From: Amphiscolops sp. MND2022
Lineage: Eukaryota
Direction: 5' to 3'
Length of the DNA: 64,000 nucleotides
NCBI GenBank assembly: GCA_964187785.1
Contig: OZ076418.1
Coordinates: 27,280,001-27,344,000, forward strand
Both the position numbers and the translations under genes were made by a program. Below are positions 1-13,100 of this stretch, in pieces. The stretch's first letter is position 1; every line of letters begins with the position of its first letter. The notes under the pieces were generated by a model, which saw only the letters and a program-made list of their open reading frames with translations, had not been told where the DNA came from and ran no database searches.

Positions 1-3000
1 TGTATCGACATGGGTTCACGGGGCACCAGCGACGCTACTTCAATATGATTTCGGTCTGGGTATTTCACTAAGGAAGCCCCGACGGTGCACTCAGAGATGA
101 ACTCGGGTACATTTGCCAGATAGGTGTCGGAAAATCGACACCCAGGACCACTAGCATCAACGTCCAGGAAGTTGATAGGTAAAACTCTGCGGTTTTTTCA
201 GTTAAATACAAACAGTTTTGCTTGAAAATCAATTAGGAAGCTTAGGCATTATGAGTTTTGGCAACGGAGGCATAAAAACTAGCATGTTTTTGACGAGGCG
301 AGCCCGTGTGAGGTCTTCAGATTTACATAATTGCGCAAAAAATTTCTATAAATTCAAGATACTCATCGCGACACTCAGGTTCAGGGGACCTTCCAAGCTT
401 TTGTATAAGTCAGAAAAGCAAAATCTAAATTTCTCCAAAGGTGAAGTTAAGAGCACAGCGGGATCGAAACTGGCCATTCCCTTCAATATCAGCATTGAGG
501 CTAACATCTGCCAACAGAGACACTTGCAAGACCTAGTAATTGCGGGCATTTGCATAAACTCTTCCTTCACTGCCTCTGCAAATCGTCTACATTGATCGTC
601 TACGTGCTACTGGACTTACTGTCGCTGTTCTTTCATTGCGCCTCGATTCTCGCCGCTCCATGCAGATCTGACTTTAGTTTCAGTCAGTGCAAGAAGTCCC
701 GGCTCGAGAATTGGCAAAGCTTATTTGTCTGAAGATCTAGCAGCTCTGAACACTTCATCTCTCCTGGTACCTACTTGGGTAGTAGTGAACGGTAACAAAG
801 TTTGCGCACGAACTGATGCAGCTGCACAAAGGTTAAAAAGTCAGACTCCTCGCGTTCCAGTAGACTCCTCTCAAAACACTTGATATGTAAAAAAATTACA
901 ATGATCACTGACGCCTGAAAGTTGTTTGGATTTTGGATTGTAGACCTTAACACGGCACGTTTTTGTGATTGAATACGGATTGCTGAAAAGATGAACGAGA
1001 CACTAACAATCATGAACAATTCAACCAAAGAATTCCAGTTTCAGACGGAAGAAATCATCAGTGATGATGAGCCGCTCAAAAATTTGCGGATGAACGAAAG
1101 CCAACATATAATGCGTGAGTGAAAATAGGTTCATAATTTACCCACCCGAAATAAGCAACAAGCTAGTGGTAGAGAATTCAACTGAGAATTATGCCCGTGG
1201 GGTTGCAAATCTGGTCAAATAGCACAAGAATTCAGAGCATATGGCTGGGATTGAACGAAATCGTAGATCGCAAGATGAACTAGTCTATAAAATCAATAAA
1301 TGATGTTTGGCCTCCGAGGCGCACGGGACAGGAGAAAAGGGAGCTACTGACCTTGGAGGGCGATGGAGTTTGCACGGTCCATGGTTGGTCCTCACAGCCG
1401 TTGCGGAATACAACCAAGTACTTCAGCTGTTCCAAAATGTCTATTCTGCCGAAGACACCTCCACGCTGCTTCATTAGGGTCTGTAAAGAGAAGATACCTA
1501 ACCAGAAGGTGTATTGTATCCCTTGGGTGAACGAAGTTGACCTCTCTGACGGGATATTCAAATGGGATCTACGGAACACCCTGACACACTGATCAGCTGT
1601 CGCTTGGAATAGAACAAAAAGAGTAGACGCGAGATAGTTGAGAGCTGATGAATCGGTGTATTCGCCGATCGACTGTAAGGCTAAGAGGGCACAGTTGTAC
1701 CTTCGTGAGAGTATCTTCTTTCCAGCATCGAACCGACAAAAAGCAATGGCTGCTTTTGGACTCAAACTCCAGAGAGTACAGCCCGGTCGTGGAAAAGTCG
1801 TGGGCCATGTCTGCGAAGTCACACACCTGGCAGGGAAATGCAGTGGAAAATGGTCTGAAATGAAACAAACAGGTTAGATTTATTTAGGAGAGGATGTTAT
1901 TGTTGAAGAAGACATACGCATCGTTAGGGATGCAGAATTCGAATTGAAATCGGAAGACAGCTCCTGATGGTTGGTGTACACTCCAACTTAAGCCCATAAC
2001 CCTTGCAGCAAGGATGTGGTGCAATCGCAAGAGAAAAACCGTCCAATGAACTGTCTCCGTAACCGCATCTCCCAAGAGTCAGAATAGGATCTAGTGCCAG
2101 CTATGAAATCGTCATAAAATGGATACTTTTCACTGATCCACTGAGGACACAAACTCGAAGACTGGCTTCCCCTTTTCTAGTTCCAAAGGTGTTAGGACAT
2201 GTCCACCCTTGCCCCTAACTTCGTGGGTGATGATGCCTGTGATCTTGTCGGTACTACTCAACTGTTGATTTTTCCGCAGGAGGGATTGGGCCCGGTAGTG
2301 TCGTACAATCTCACGAGCCCCGTTAGAGTAGATAGACAAATCATCTTGCGTATTTGACAATATAACTAGAACTTCTTGTGGTTCAAGTGGCCCGGTAACG
2401 AAATTTTGTGTCCACTTAATCCCCTTGAAATACGCCTCCTTCTACTTTTACTGACCCGCTCATCAATCTCCCCCCCTTTTACGAGGAGGTCAAGGAATCG
2501 GGGCGTCTGACGTGGCTTGTAGACGTACTGTGGACAGGGGCTGATAGTCAGTTTTGCTGTACCATGGACTAGGAGCGATTTCTTGTGAAGATTGCGGAGG
2601 TCTAATTGTCATAGAATCTTAAGTCGTATTCGCAGAAGACCCGGGCACAGTGGTAAAGGGCACTCACTGGCATGAGTCGTTTTATAGTTTCCAAAGTTGT
2701 CGTCGGAATTGAGGGCACCACTGTTGTAAGTGGGTCCTCTGGAGCAGTTCTCAAGCTGTGATCGCACTTCCATGGCATGAAGCAGGATAGTCTCCATCAA
2801 GTGGAACGATGAAATCAAAGTCTTGTCAGAAGTGGTCCTAAGGAGGTGGTGAATCTGACTTTCACTAAGAGTATTGGTGAGTTGGCGCATTGGTAAAGAA
2901 ATAGGAGCATTCTCAGAAAAATATTTTCTGACGACAGACCGCCCGGTTGTTGGAAGTTGAAGTGGAGCAGATATAGATTGTGGGCGAGGTTCTGACTTTC

Positions 3001-3013
3001 TGACTGTTCTCAA
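1..3013 (-). pseudogene. Decayed, apparently intronless coding tract of unknown origin (candidate endogenous viral element or TE cargo); runs off the window start
   Basis: Minus-strand ORF pieces tile the region (2609-3013, 2130-2360, 1884-2075, 1280-1822, 771-1028, 346-570). Hand translation links several through isolated stops/frameshifts. It looks more GC-rich than the flanking noncoding DNA. No family confidently recognised. Confidence 0.35.
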
Positions 3014-3018
3014 CCAAA

Positions 3019-3345
3019 GTGATCAGGCTCAGGCAGCAAACTGTTGTCATACGGAGTGAACACTTTGAAGCCTTCTCCTATTCCTCACAAGTGGTAGCCG
3101 GGGTCAACTTTTGGGTAAAAGTCATGTACAACGAGGATGAATACATGCGTGGTAAAATCCACGTACCCCTGCCTCACTCTCAGCAGCTACCACTCTCGTT
3201 GGTAGAGTACGAAAACATCAAAAGTGAGAATGACTCACCGAAACCCGTTTTGGCAAGAGAACTTACTCCACGAGTTACAGGGGAAGTCATTACTGTAGAA
3301 ACCTCTTGTCCTATGATGCAAGTGCCTACTAGGAAAAGACTGTGA
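3019..3345 (+). CDS. Stefin / type-1 cystatin-like ORF, N-terminally incomplete
   Basis: FEAFSYSSQVVAGVNFWVKV...VPLPH...LSLVEYENIKSEND matches the cystatin A/B C-terminal two-thirds, including QVVAG and LP motifs. The N-terminal Gly trunk is not found in frame, and there is a ~30-aa C-terminal extension. Confidence 0.7.
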   Translation: MIRLRQQTVVIRSEHFEAFSYSSQVVAGVNFWVKVMYNEDEYMRGKIHVPLPHSQQLPLSLVEYENIKSENDSPKPVLARELTPRVTGEVITVETSCPMMQVPTRKRL

Positions 3346-3599
3346 ACTCCATCTCTGCACAATTATTCATCTTGCTGTGATCTTGTTTTGAATTGATTGA
3401 AGAATGATATGCTCTATACAAGGCAAGTCAGTTTATTTATATTTTGTTTACATATTCATTAATATATTTTAATTTTGGTATGTTTAGATTACACTAACAC
3501 AGACGTTTCTAGAGTACTGTAGGGTAGTTACATTTGCGAATAGGGTGTCCAAGTTACAGCAAACATAGAAATATTCTCTAGTATACTTTGGTGTATACC

Positions 3600-4640
3600 G
3601 ATTAAACCAATCCGCGAACGGCCCAAGTCGGCATCCCGCTCAAGGTTCAAAAAAGTAAAGTTTTTTAAATAAACAAAAGGAAACTATCACCACAATTCTA
3701 TCAATTTTACAGTGCCAAAAAATATCCGAAGGGATACGCATAAAACTGGAAAACCATTGCTTCCCCAAATAGAAAGAAACACTTTTGAACAAATTCGGAT
3801 TTTTTATTTGGAAAACGTCTCACAGTGCCGAAAAAGCCAGAGGGGACCCAATAAATTCGCAAAAAACTTTTTCCCAGCTACAAGTTTCTTAAAAGTTAAG
3901 GGCGTACCATTTTACAGAGAACTGTTACGAAAAAAAGGTAGTATGTCTTTTGCACAGTTATTTAGAAATCTCTCACCAGTCCTACAGTACTACAAAATAG
4001 TCCGAGGTTACCCTTAAAACTGAGAATTTTTTTCGAAAAGTTCTTTGATAAGGTCTCCTGTAAATCGCATAGGGCCAAAATCCCTAAAGAGTCCTCTATA
4101 CTCGCAAATCGCTTCGTTTTTAGTGAAAATTGAGGATGGGCTTCGATAAAAACGAATTAGAGAAAAGCTGCATAGAAAAAACGCCGGTCTTAAACAAAAC
4201 AAAATTTTGATATGGCGTGCTGAGCCACTGAGAAAACCTATTTTAAGGACAAGACATAATCGTTTTGAAAAATCTCACAATGCTGAAAATTTTAAAAATG
4301 GGGGGTTACTTTGGGCTTTTTAAAAATCTAAATTGTTGCAAAATGTCGAAAAAAATTGAAGGCGGGCTTCTGGAGATTTTAAAAAACGTTTTCGATAAAA
4401 GTCTCACAACGATCATCAAAAAAATTTTGGTCAAGACTCAAATCCCCACACCTTTGCTTCCCAGACCTCAAAAATTTCGGATTAACGTCTGTGCCAAATG
4501 GCAGTGGAACTTACAAGTTACTAAGCAACGGGTTATGAAACTTATAAAATCTGTCATTTCGTCGGTCTGAGAAACGTCACCACCGTAGTCTGCTTTTTCC
4601 ACTATAAGCGCCGACTGAAAACCGCTCCTGTGAACCATTG
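3600..4640. repeat. Composite interspersed repeat with degenerate internal units (gtctcacagtgccgaaaa...gggg)
   Basis: Unit recurs near 3820, 4275 and 4400, and again near 32030. Weak inverted termini (aagtcggc ~3626 / gccgact ~4612). Boundaries approximate. Confidence 0.45.
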
Positions 4641-4859
4641 TGTATCTAGGGTATCCAGGAATAAAAATTCATTTTTGAGGCAGGTGTAATTTGTGGAAAT
4701 AGGAATTCATGCATATTTGCCACATGAATACCACTTAGCTTTTTATTAAATTTTTTTTAGAAAATGTTTGCTTACCAGTACTTTTTAAACGAGAGATCGA
4801 AGGTACTTTATATGTTAAACAAAAACTTCTGGGGAAATATTCATGCAAAAATTTTCCCT

Positions 4860-5140
4860 GTTTTTTTTAATTTTATCGAGTTGCTGGAAAATTCACACGA
4901 GTTTTGCAGCAATTTCAATTTGTGAAGTTTTGCAGGTTTCATCAGTTTTGTAATGCTGTTGAGACTTCATTTTAAAGGAAATTGATTTCAGTCACATTGT
5001 AAATTGGAAAGTAACGACTTCTTCAGCGTGCTATTTGAGAAGTTGTGGGATGGGTAGTTGAGAAATGAAAGAGTGAAAACAACGTGATCGTATCGGTAAC
5101 GAAGCAGTGAATTTTTAAATTTTAATTGCAATTGCTTCAA
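4860..5140 (+). repeat. Old ~400-bp interspersed repeat, family A
   Basis: Shares blocks such as tgaagttttgcagg and aaaacaacgtgatcgtatcgg with copies at 32880, 33836 and 52920. Boundaries approximate. Confidence 0.55.
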
Positions 5141-5292
5141 CTCCAGTGTACATCTACGAGACTTAACTCATGAAGCTTACTGAACTTTTTTAGGTTTCAT
5201 AATTACCTAATTGGATGCAGACCAGCAGCATGAGAAAAATCCCTGCAGTCTTGACTAGTGGGGTGTCAAGATGTGAAGTTCGATTGAAAATG

Positions 5293-6008
5293 TGTAACGT
5301 CCGGCTAGCGGCGCACATCTAGGAAGAGGGACAATGCCTAGGATGCTTAAACAGGAGACCGTTGTCTTACTACATACCTATACACTAGTTTTTGATCCCA
5401 AAATGGTCTCCAAGGGGGACTTTTCTAACGTCTAAGGAGGCTTCTCTGGTTAGAGCTCCGAAGCGACGCGCCGGCACTCTCAAAGTCCGAACACGCCCCA
5501 CAAGCCTGTAAAAACAATCCTAAGGTTTCTAATGTACTCCTGCGAGTTCCTACATGCTTCCGAGGTCAAAACAGTGATTTAGCTGGAAAACATAGTATTT
5601 GGCAAATAAGATATAAAATGACCTAGAAGGTCAAACATCTTCCAAATATCGAAGGGAATTATGAAAATAACAAGGAAAAACGGGGATAAACCCCAATTAC
5701 TTTACAGTTTCAAGCCATAATGCGGAATATGCCTCTGGCAATCTTCATCTGATGTTGTTGAATTTCGTAGGAGATGACACAACATCCCGATAATCGCCAT
5801 TCTGACATTCCTCGATCTTCTAACTCTTTCATCTTTTTCTGCTGTTTTTCCGGCACGTGTTCTCTTTCTTGCTCGCTCTCCGCGTGTTATCTTTTTTCTT
5901 TCACACTTTTTGTACCTGTCAGGTCGGCCATCTTTTTTCTTCTATTTTGACATCGCACATTTCGAATTTTTCATCGAAATTTTGGTCATGCCGGTGGCAG
6001 ACGTTACA
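5293..6008 (-). mobile_element. Solo LTR of the Gypsy-1 family (diverged subfamily)
   Basis: tgtaacgtc...gacgttaca termini. First ~230 bp nearly identical to 8832 and 23102, remainder more diverged. Flanked by a 3-bp direct repeat (atg). Confidence 0.9.
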
Positions 6009-6829
6009 ATGCAAAAGTTGGTGCATTGCAGCGTAATCCTACGCAGTTCACCACCGAAAACTCCCTCAACTTACATTACAATACAAAGTTGTTTTGAATG
6101 CAAGCCTGTACTATTTAAATAGTTAAAGTACTCTCAACTTTCTCTCAAGGTTTACTTTACGTTGACCGAACTCGTTCAAATCATTTTTTCATTTTTGGGT
6201 AGAAAATCTGGCTGAAAATCGACTAGAAACCTTTTCCTGGCGTAACACGAGTTTTCATGCTCAATCCCCGCAACACTGCGCGGATTCAAGGTAAGTTTCT
6301 GAGCACGTTGCCGCTCATGAATGTTTGAGCCTTAAACCAGGAGCCTAAAGTTGCCATTCCTGGCGTGTCTTGTTTGCTATTCTAAATTACTTCCGCTTCT
6401 TTTAAAGGCACCCGTCCGGAATTTTCCGGAGATGAATAAAAAGAAGGAGTAGGTCGTCAGCTATCATGTATAATGGCGTTGAACAAAGATTTTGCTCAGT
6501 ACCAATGATGTCTGAGGTTTATATCCTGATAACGTTTTATAGTTAAGATTGGCATAGTATTTGCAAAAGTTGATTATACGAAGGAACAAAGAACAATTTT
6601 TGTGCAGTTTCTTCCACAAGGCAGCTTGTTCTTTCTTCTATCGACCAAGTATCAATTCGAATGTAGCGAAATCAGAATGTTTCGAACAGGTTTTTCAGAA
6701 GGTTCTGAGAAATGGTAAAACTAGTCATATCACCTTTCTACACGCATCATTTTCAGCCACAAGAGAACTAGATAACATAGGTATCTAGGTGTCATAACTA
6801 GATTACATAGGTTATTCCAAAATCGAAAG

Positions 6830-7010
6830 TTCGAAAGTTGCTTGAAAATGCATCTTAAATCTGGCGGCAATTCGAAGCGACGAACTTTTTAAAGTTTAAA
6901 TATGCATGAGTTTTTTTTTAATTACCGCAAGTCAATGCACATCAACTTCAGTCAAGTTATAAGTATCAAAGTAGCGTCATCTTCAACGTGCAATTTAACT
7001 AACGTCCATT
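6830..7010 (+). repeat. Partial copy of family A repeat
   Basis: tggcggcaattcgaagc...tagcgtcatcttcaacgtg matches the copies at 33836 and 52920. Confidence 0.45.
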
Positions 7011-7457
7011 ACATAGCTTGATTTTAGATGCAATTCCACGGGATAGTGATTTCGCGGACCTTATAAGTACATATATTCTGCAAAAATACAGTAAGTTTAG
7101 GTCTTATTTTATCAGAATACAATGGTTCTAGATGTGATTCCATAGAATAGTGGCTTTGGATGAAACAATTTTGATAACCAGTGATGTCCAATCGATGAAA
7201 AGTTGATGGGGATAGAAAGCGGGCTTCATAGAGGTGCATATCAGCTTCTTGAGTGACTTGATACTGTGTGGAAGTTCGAACAGCTGCTGTTACATGAGAC
7301 ATTCGGAAAATGAGGCAGCACCATCGATCTTTACATTATATCCTTCGTCGGCGGTCTCAAGGTTTCTAGCCTCCGTCGTTGTCGGGTAAGGAAAAAAGTT
7401 AATACCACTAGTTTCATTAACAGAAACTAATAAGATCAGTAGGAATCAGTAGGATTT

Positions 7458-8062
7458 AATAAGAAACAAACTTCAAATACCAATATATCGACATAGTTTG
7501 TGAGGAGTTTTCGCTCGAATAAAATCATTGGTGCCCACATAATTTTATCTTTTACTGTGATTGACTGTTAAAATATGCTCATATTATTCTACAGTGGATA
7601 AGTGTGGTTTGAAGTGCGTTTAAGGTGCGTTGAGATAATTAAAGTGACTTTCATGTTGGGGGGGGGGGTGATTTGATGTAGAAAACAAGGTATCCATCGG
7701 CAAGTGGGGATTAAAAAACATAGTTCCATAATTACTAAGTAATGCTTTTGATGATACATGATGTATCATCAAAAGCATTACTTAGTAATTATGGAACTAT
7801 GTTTTTTAATCCCCACTTGCCGATGGATATCTTGTTTTCTACATCAAATCACCCCCCCCCCCAACATGAAAGTCACTTTAATTATCTCAACGCACCTTAA
7901 ACGCACTTCAAACCACACTTATCCACTGTAGAATAATATGAGCATATTTTAACAGTCAATCACAGTAAAAGATAAAATTATGTGGGCACCAATGATTTTA
8001 TTCGAGCGAAAACTCCTCACAAACTATGTCGATATATTGGTATTTGAAGTTTGTTTCTTATT
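7458..8062. repeat. 605-bp near-perfect palindrome (302-bp arms, 1-nt centre at 7760)
   Basis: Centre is gatgatacat-g-atgtatcatc. Arms are reverse complements out to aataagaaac/gtttcttatt, with one mismatch seen (aacaaggtatcc vs ggatatcttgtt) and matching G11/C11 runs. Confidence 0.97.
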
Positions 8063-8831
8063 TGCACCGCGTCCGCGTGGCGCCCCATGCATTTCTATGC
8101 GTTAATGATAATCAGAATTCTATGCTTGCCATGCAGTTCTTCTCTTTTTTGTGCTTCCAAGTTTTTTCTGGCCTAATTCAACCATTCGATTCCATGCTGA
8201 AAAACACCATGGCTATGTGTATGGACCATACATGGAGTTCAGATGGACTATACATGGACCATTTGAACAGGGTGTCTTGTTGATAAGAAACGTGGTTATT
8301 ATTGTCTATGTGTTTGAATCCTTACACTGGCTTTTGCTGGATATGAAAAAATTCACTTCGATGTAAAAAATGAAAAATGTTTTTCAAATCAATATTATTG
8401 GAGACTTCGATGAGGGGGCTGTCCAAATTTGAAAGTTATAAATGGTAGTTGAAACACAATTTTTTGAATTTGACAGACGATTCAGAATTAAAGAAAAGTT
8501 CGAAATAATTTAAAGTTTCAATGTTTACCTGTATTTTGGTTCGCTGCTTCATTGTTTCTAATCCTTAGATATTTGTTTACCTTTCTAAGATGCCCGAATT
8601 AGTTTCATGAATGTTGACAATTTTTTCGTTGAGCTAACTTTGCATGAAGAATTTTTTTCTGTTAATCGAGATTTATTTATAGTTCTCGCGGGTTTTTGAG
8701 AACTCACTAGAATCTAAGTCGTATAATATCATCTTTTACGAAAGTCTGAATTTTTTCATGAGTGGTTCCTGACAAATCTTAAAAATATCTCCAACCTTTG
8801 AATTCAATGGAAATTTTTCATTTACTTGCCC

Positions 8832-9550
8832 TGTAACGTCCGGCTAGCGGTGCACATCTAGGAAGAGGGATAATGCCTAGGATGCTTAAACAGGAGACCG
8901 TTGTCTTACTACATAACTAGACACTAGTTTTTGATCCCAAAATGGTCTCCTAGGGGGACTTTTCTATCGTCTAAGGAGGCTTCTCTAGTTAGAGCTCCGA
9001 AGCGACGCGCCGGCACTCTCAAAGTCCGGACACGCCCCACAAGCCTGTAAAAACGTATCCTAAGGTTTCTAGCACGTTCCTACGACTTCCTACATACTTC
9101 CGCGGACCAAAAAGGTGTCTATCTGAAATACATTGTATTCGGTGAATAAGTTCTAAAATATGGACCTAGTAGGTCTAACATCACCCAAATACTTGACAAA
9201 TGATAACAAAATACGGGGATATGCCCCAACAATATTACATAACAGTTTGGGATTCTTCATCTATTCGGCCTCTGGCGTCGTTCTTCACTCTCGGGTGTCT
9301 TCTCGGAGAGATGGCACAACATTCCGATTGGGTTAATCTTTTCTTTTGCTGAATTCTCCTTCTTCTCCATCGCATTCTTCTTTCTTTTTTGATATTTTCA
9401 CACGTACTCTTTTTTGCTCTACTTTCGCGCTCTTTTTTCTCTCGTTCACGTCTTGGTACCTGCTAGGTCGGCCATTTTGAATGTGCTGTTTTGATATTGC
9501 ACATTTCGAAAGTTTCATCGAAATTTTGTCATGCGGTGGCTGACGTTACA
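8832..9550 (-). repeat. Gypsy-1 3' LTR
   Basis: TG...CA termini with 9-bp inverted ends; roughly 97-98% identical to 23102-23823 by eye. Confidence 0.95.
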
Positions 9551-9560
9551 TCCTCCCCGG
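9551..9560 (-). promoter_or_regulatory. Polypurine tract of Gypsy-1
   Basis: Minus strand ccggggagga directly abuts the 3' LTR TG. Confidence 0.7.
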
Positions 9561-10128
9561 GCCGTAGTTTGTTGTCCTCGGCAAACGAGAGGATGATCAT
9601 ACCCAGAGGGTAACTGCGATGAGCATCGGCTAGACATTCAGACAAAACCCTATTGTTTTCATTTCTTCCTTTGTTTTTTGTTTTTCTAGTTTTTTTTTAA
9701 ATATTTCCTTTCGCACTAGCGTTGACAGGCTTTAACAAGTTTAGGAATACTAGATAATATTATAAGTATGACAGTTGATTTTAAAATTCTATTTGCAGTC
9801 TGGGTAAAAAAAATTTTTCTTTTAAAAGTTCTCTTGCACTGCATGAGTAACAACATTTGGATCTTGGCAGCAACAGTGAATTACTAGGTTGGAGGGGTTG
9901 CACACTGTTTCAGGGCACAGTAACCCAGTGCGAATTAACAAAAATTTAAGCGAGTACTTTTCAAAATATAATGTATATAGTGAATATCGCTTGAGGATGC
10001 AACGTATATAGCACCAACTGAAAGCAAATGACAAGAGGCCATTCAAACAAAACAGGGTTTTCATGTTTCAGAAAGTAACTGGCATGTTTCTCAGTTTAGT
10101 TTCTACTTGGTTAGAGTATGTAGCTTCT

Positions 10129-13100
10129 TTATTCATTATCTTGATTCGGCTGTGGGTCAGGGAAGGATGACGTGACTGCTGTTTCTGGGTTTGCAGAAGG
10201 ATCCGCCACTAAGGGAGGATATTGAATAGAGTCATCTATGGTTAGCAGATTCTTTAACTCAGATTCAATGTCGGCTGCGTCCATTTGCGATATTCCCGCC
10301 TCGGGATCGTCTTGGGCAGGAATTGCTCCATCCGATAGAATGAACTTGCCGTCGGTCATTGGCTCATCATTGGGATCGACGATAATAGATGAACCCTCTT
10401 GATCTTCTTCCATTCGTGTTTCAGCTCTGTTCGAGGGTAGTATGTCTGTTGATAACTGTTGTGAACTGCCTGAGGCAGTCGCACTTGTTGTAGCGTTTTG
10501 GTCATTAGTATTTCCCTGTGGGAAGTCGGGTAGGCTGTTGGCTAATTCTGGGTGACCATATTGCACAAAAAGACTCTTGAAGATTTGGATTCCACGTGCA
10601 TAATCTTCGCCAACCGATTGTCCTTGCTGTTGTTGTCTGCTGTGCAGATTTAAGAATATCTCCAGCGCAGCGCGCGGATTGCTAGGGACCTCTGTGCTGA
10701 TTGACAAGGTCTTTTTTCGGTTCTTTACCCACCAAGGCTATTTTGGCTTTCATGCGCAAGGACGTTTGCTGGACAGCCAAGTCCAGCAATTCTGGTCTTG
10801 ACCAGCATGTTGTTGCGTCCAGGATCCGAGCTGGGTATGCACGAGGGCTGGTTCGATCGCAGTACATTCTCGATGTGTCGCAAACATAGGGGTATCGCAA
10901 CCCGGTGGGATCTTCACATCTTTTTTTGCCGCCCAGTCTCAGGACTATAGTGGCTAGAACTCTCAGGACTACTTCTGCATTCCAGTTTGCCAAAGAGGCT
11001 GCCGCGCTTGTCTCTGGATTTAGGGGAATGTGTAGCCATGCGATTGGGTGGAACTCTATGGCCATTGGGAGGGCGCATCGTGCACGTGCTCGAATAATTG
11101 ATGCGAAGTTGTGTTCTACTTGATTATTGTCTTTAATGATTGTGTTGGCCATGGGTGGTCGTAGAGAGGCAAAGCTGCTGACTGCTCTTTGGTAGGTAGG
11201 ACCCCGCTGGGATCCATCCGATATCACAAAGTGTAGAATAGACAAGGTAGGGGCATTTGCTGCTACTCGCAAGACCTGCGTCGGGTATGGCAACGCCATA
11301 ACTGCACCGAAGATTGGCCAAAGTATGGGGGCTATTAGGGGTATCAGGTTTTCCGTTTCTACTAGCATGAGTGTGGCCATCTGCGAAGGGAACAAGAAAC
11401 CTGGGAGCTGGTTGAGGTCTCTGTTGATAGCAGGGTTGTCATCCAAAGGATGCATTATTCCTGCAACGTTTACCCGGGTGGAGTAGATCCACGCGAGAAG
11501 GGCTTCGATGTTGAGTTCCAGTTGCTTTTTTAACTGTAAGGGACCCGCTGGGTGCAAGGCGTATAGGATTGCTTGTAACCAACTCTTTGGATTCTGGGCA
11601 TACACTAAGAGGCTGAAAAGGGATAAGCTTCCTTTATCAAATATGAGTTTTTGGAGAAGGCCAGAAAGTCCTTTGTATACTGTGTGTAGCCCCACTGCCA
11701 TCGAATATCCCAAGATCTCACTTATCGTGGCTCCTTGCATAGCTTCCATATATAAGCGTGTCTGTTGGTCGTCCAAGTAATACTCTGCTTGTACGAAACT
11801 GGGAAGCCAGAATGGGGATATGTTATATAGAAGCACCGGGAACGAAATGTCTTGCCGCAGTGCGACTTGATTTAAAGTTTCGCGCAAGGCTTGATGCCAT
11901 GTTTGGTAGGTATGCCTGGGTTCTGACTCGTTTTGCTTTGCCAGGTTCCGTGCCATCACTATCAGTAGTGTCAGCGTGGGAGATACCGTTCCGGGTTGCG
12001 CGTCTGTTGATATAGCAGCTATTGGAAACACTGTGGTGTTTATTTGCTCCATTTTGATTGTTTCCGTCACCTTGAACAGAGCTAGTAGCTCCTTGTGGAA
12101 ATTTGGGTCATGGATCTTGTCGTCTAGAGTAGATTGGTCCCTCCGTTCGTACCATAGATTATCTACGAGGTGTGGGTAAGAGGCTTCACAGGGGCGCCAT
12201 GTTGTCATATTGATTCTGAGGTTTGGCGCTACGATGTAAAAATGTAAATCTCTTGCATAAGAAGCTTCTAGTACCAGATACAAGAATTGTTGTAATGCTC
12301 TTGGGAGATATATGTACCCAGGGGTGACACAAACACGGTATCTGTATTTGGCTTTTTGTTTCTCATCCTGGTGGCGATGTTGGACATCGTTTTCACATAG
12401 GCTACTACTTCATCAGTTACGAATCCTTCTGTGAATCGGGTGTGTTGTGTATCAAAATACCTCAACGTTCCTCGCAAGGCGAGGTGGTCGATCACGTTTG
12501 AGTATACCAAGATTGGAGGCAAAGGTATTGTTTCTGCCGCCGCTGGCGTGAATATTTTGTCAGTGTTTTCTGCCATCTCGCTGAGCGAAGTGCAGGGCAT
12601 ATTCATCAATCGGACATCCATTAGGGTGGTTTTTGCGTTGTACGAGGATTTGATCGTCGAGTCGACGAAGAGTGCGATTCTTGTTTTCTGTTGCAAATCT
12701 TTTCCCATTGGCAGTAGAGTATTTGGGTCTCTAGCGTAATTTTTGGTTTGCAGTTGGTTTTCTCCGAATCTACCAGGCCTTTGACGGGTAAGGCGCTCGC
12801 TAATGGTTTGTAGGGGTTGGAGGTAAGAAGAGTCATCTCTCTGTAAATCCCTTCGGAGACATTCGAACCATGGCGGGGTTCCATCATTTGTGAATATTGG
12901 TTGTTTAACTGGCCTTGTGTACAGGACTCCAATGTTCGCCTTCCCTATAGTGCGTTGTGTTGCATAGTCTCCTTTACTGGTTGCACTCTCGAATTTCTGC
13001 CTTGGGGGATTCTCTTCATTGGATGTTTTCGGAACTTCTCGTTGGAGACGCACTGCGTCTCTTGCAGTTATGTCCAATTGTTTTATTTCTGTTGCGGTGA

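Noticed and set aside
2466-2482. PPT-like aaaagggggggag on the minus strand
   Set aside because: Not followed by a recognisable LTR, and it lies within an open frame (VKGGEID).
7024-7400. Possible decayed PAN/apple-like exon (SFSECLM...C)
   Set aside because: Needs a frameshift and a stop to assemble; motif too weak.
9333-9518. Lys/Glu-rich ORFs in the LTRs (also 23527-23790)
   Set aside because: They arise from a purine-rich low-complexity tract, and their length differs between the two LTRs.
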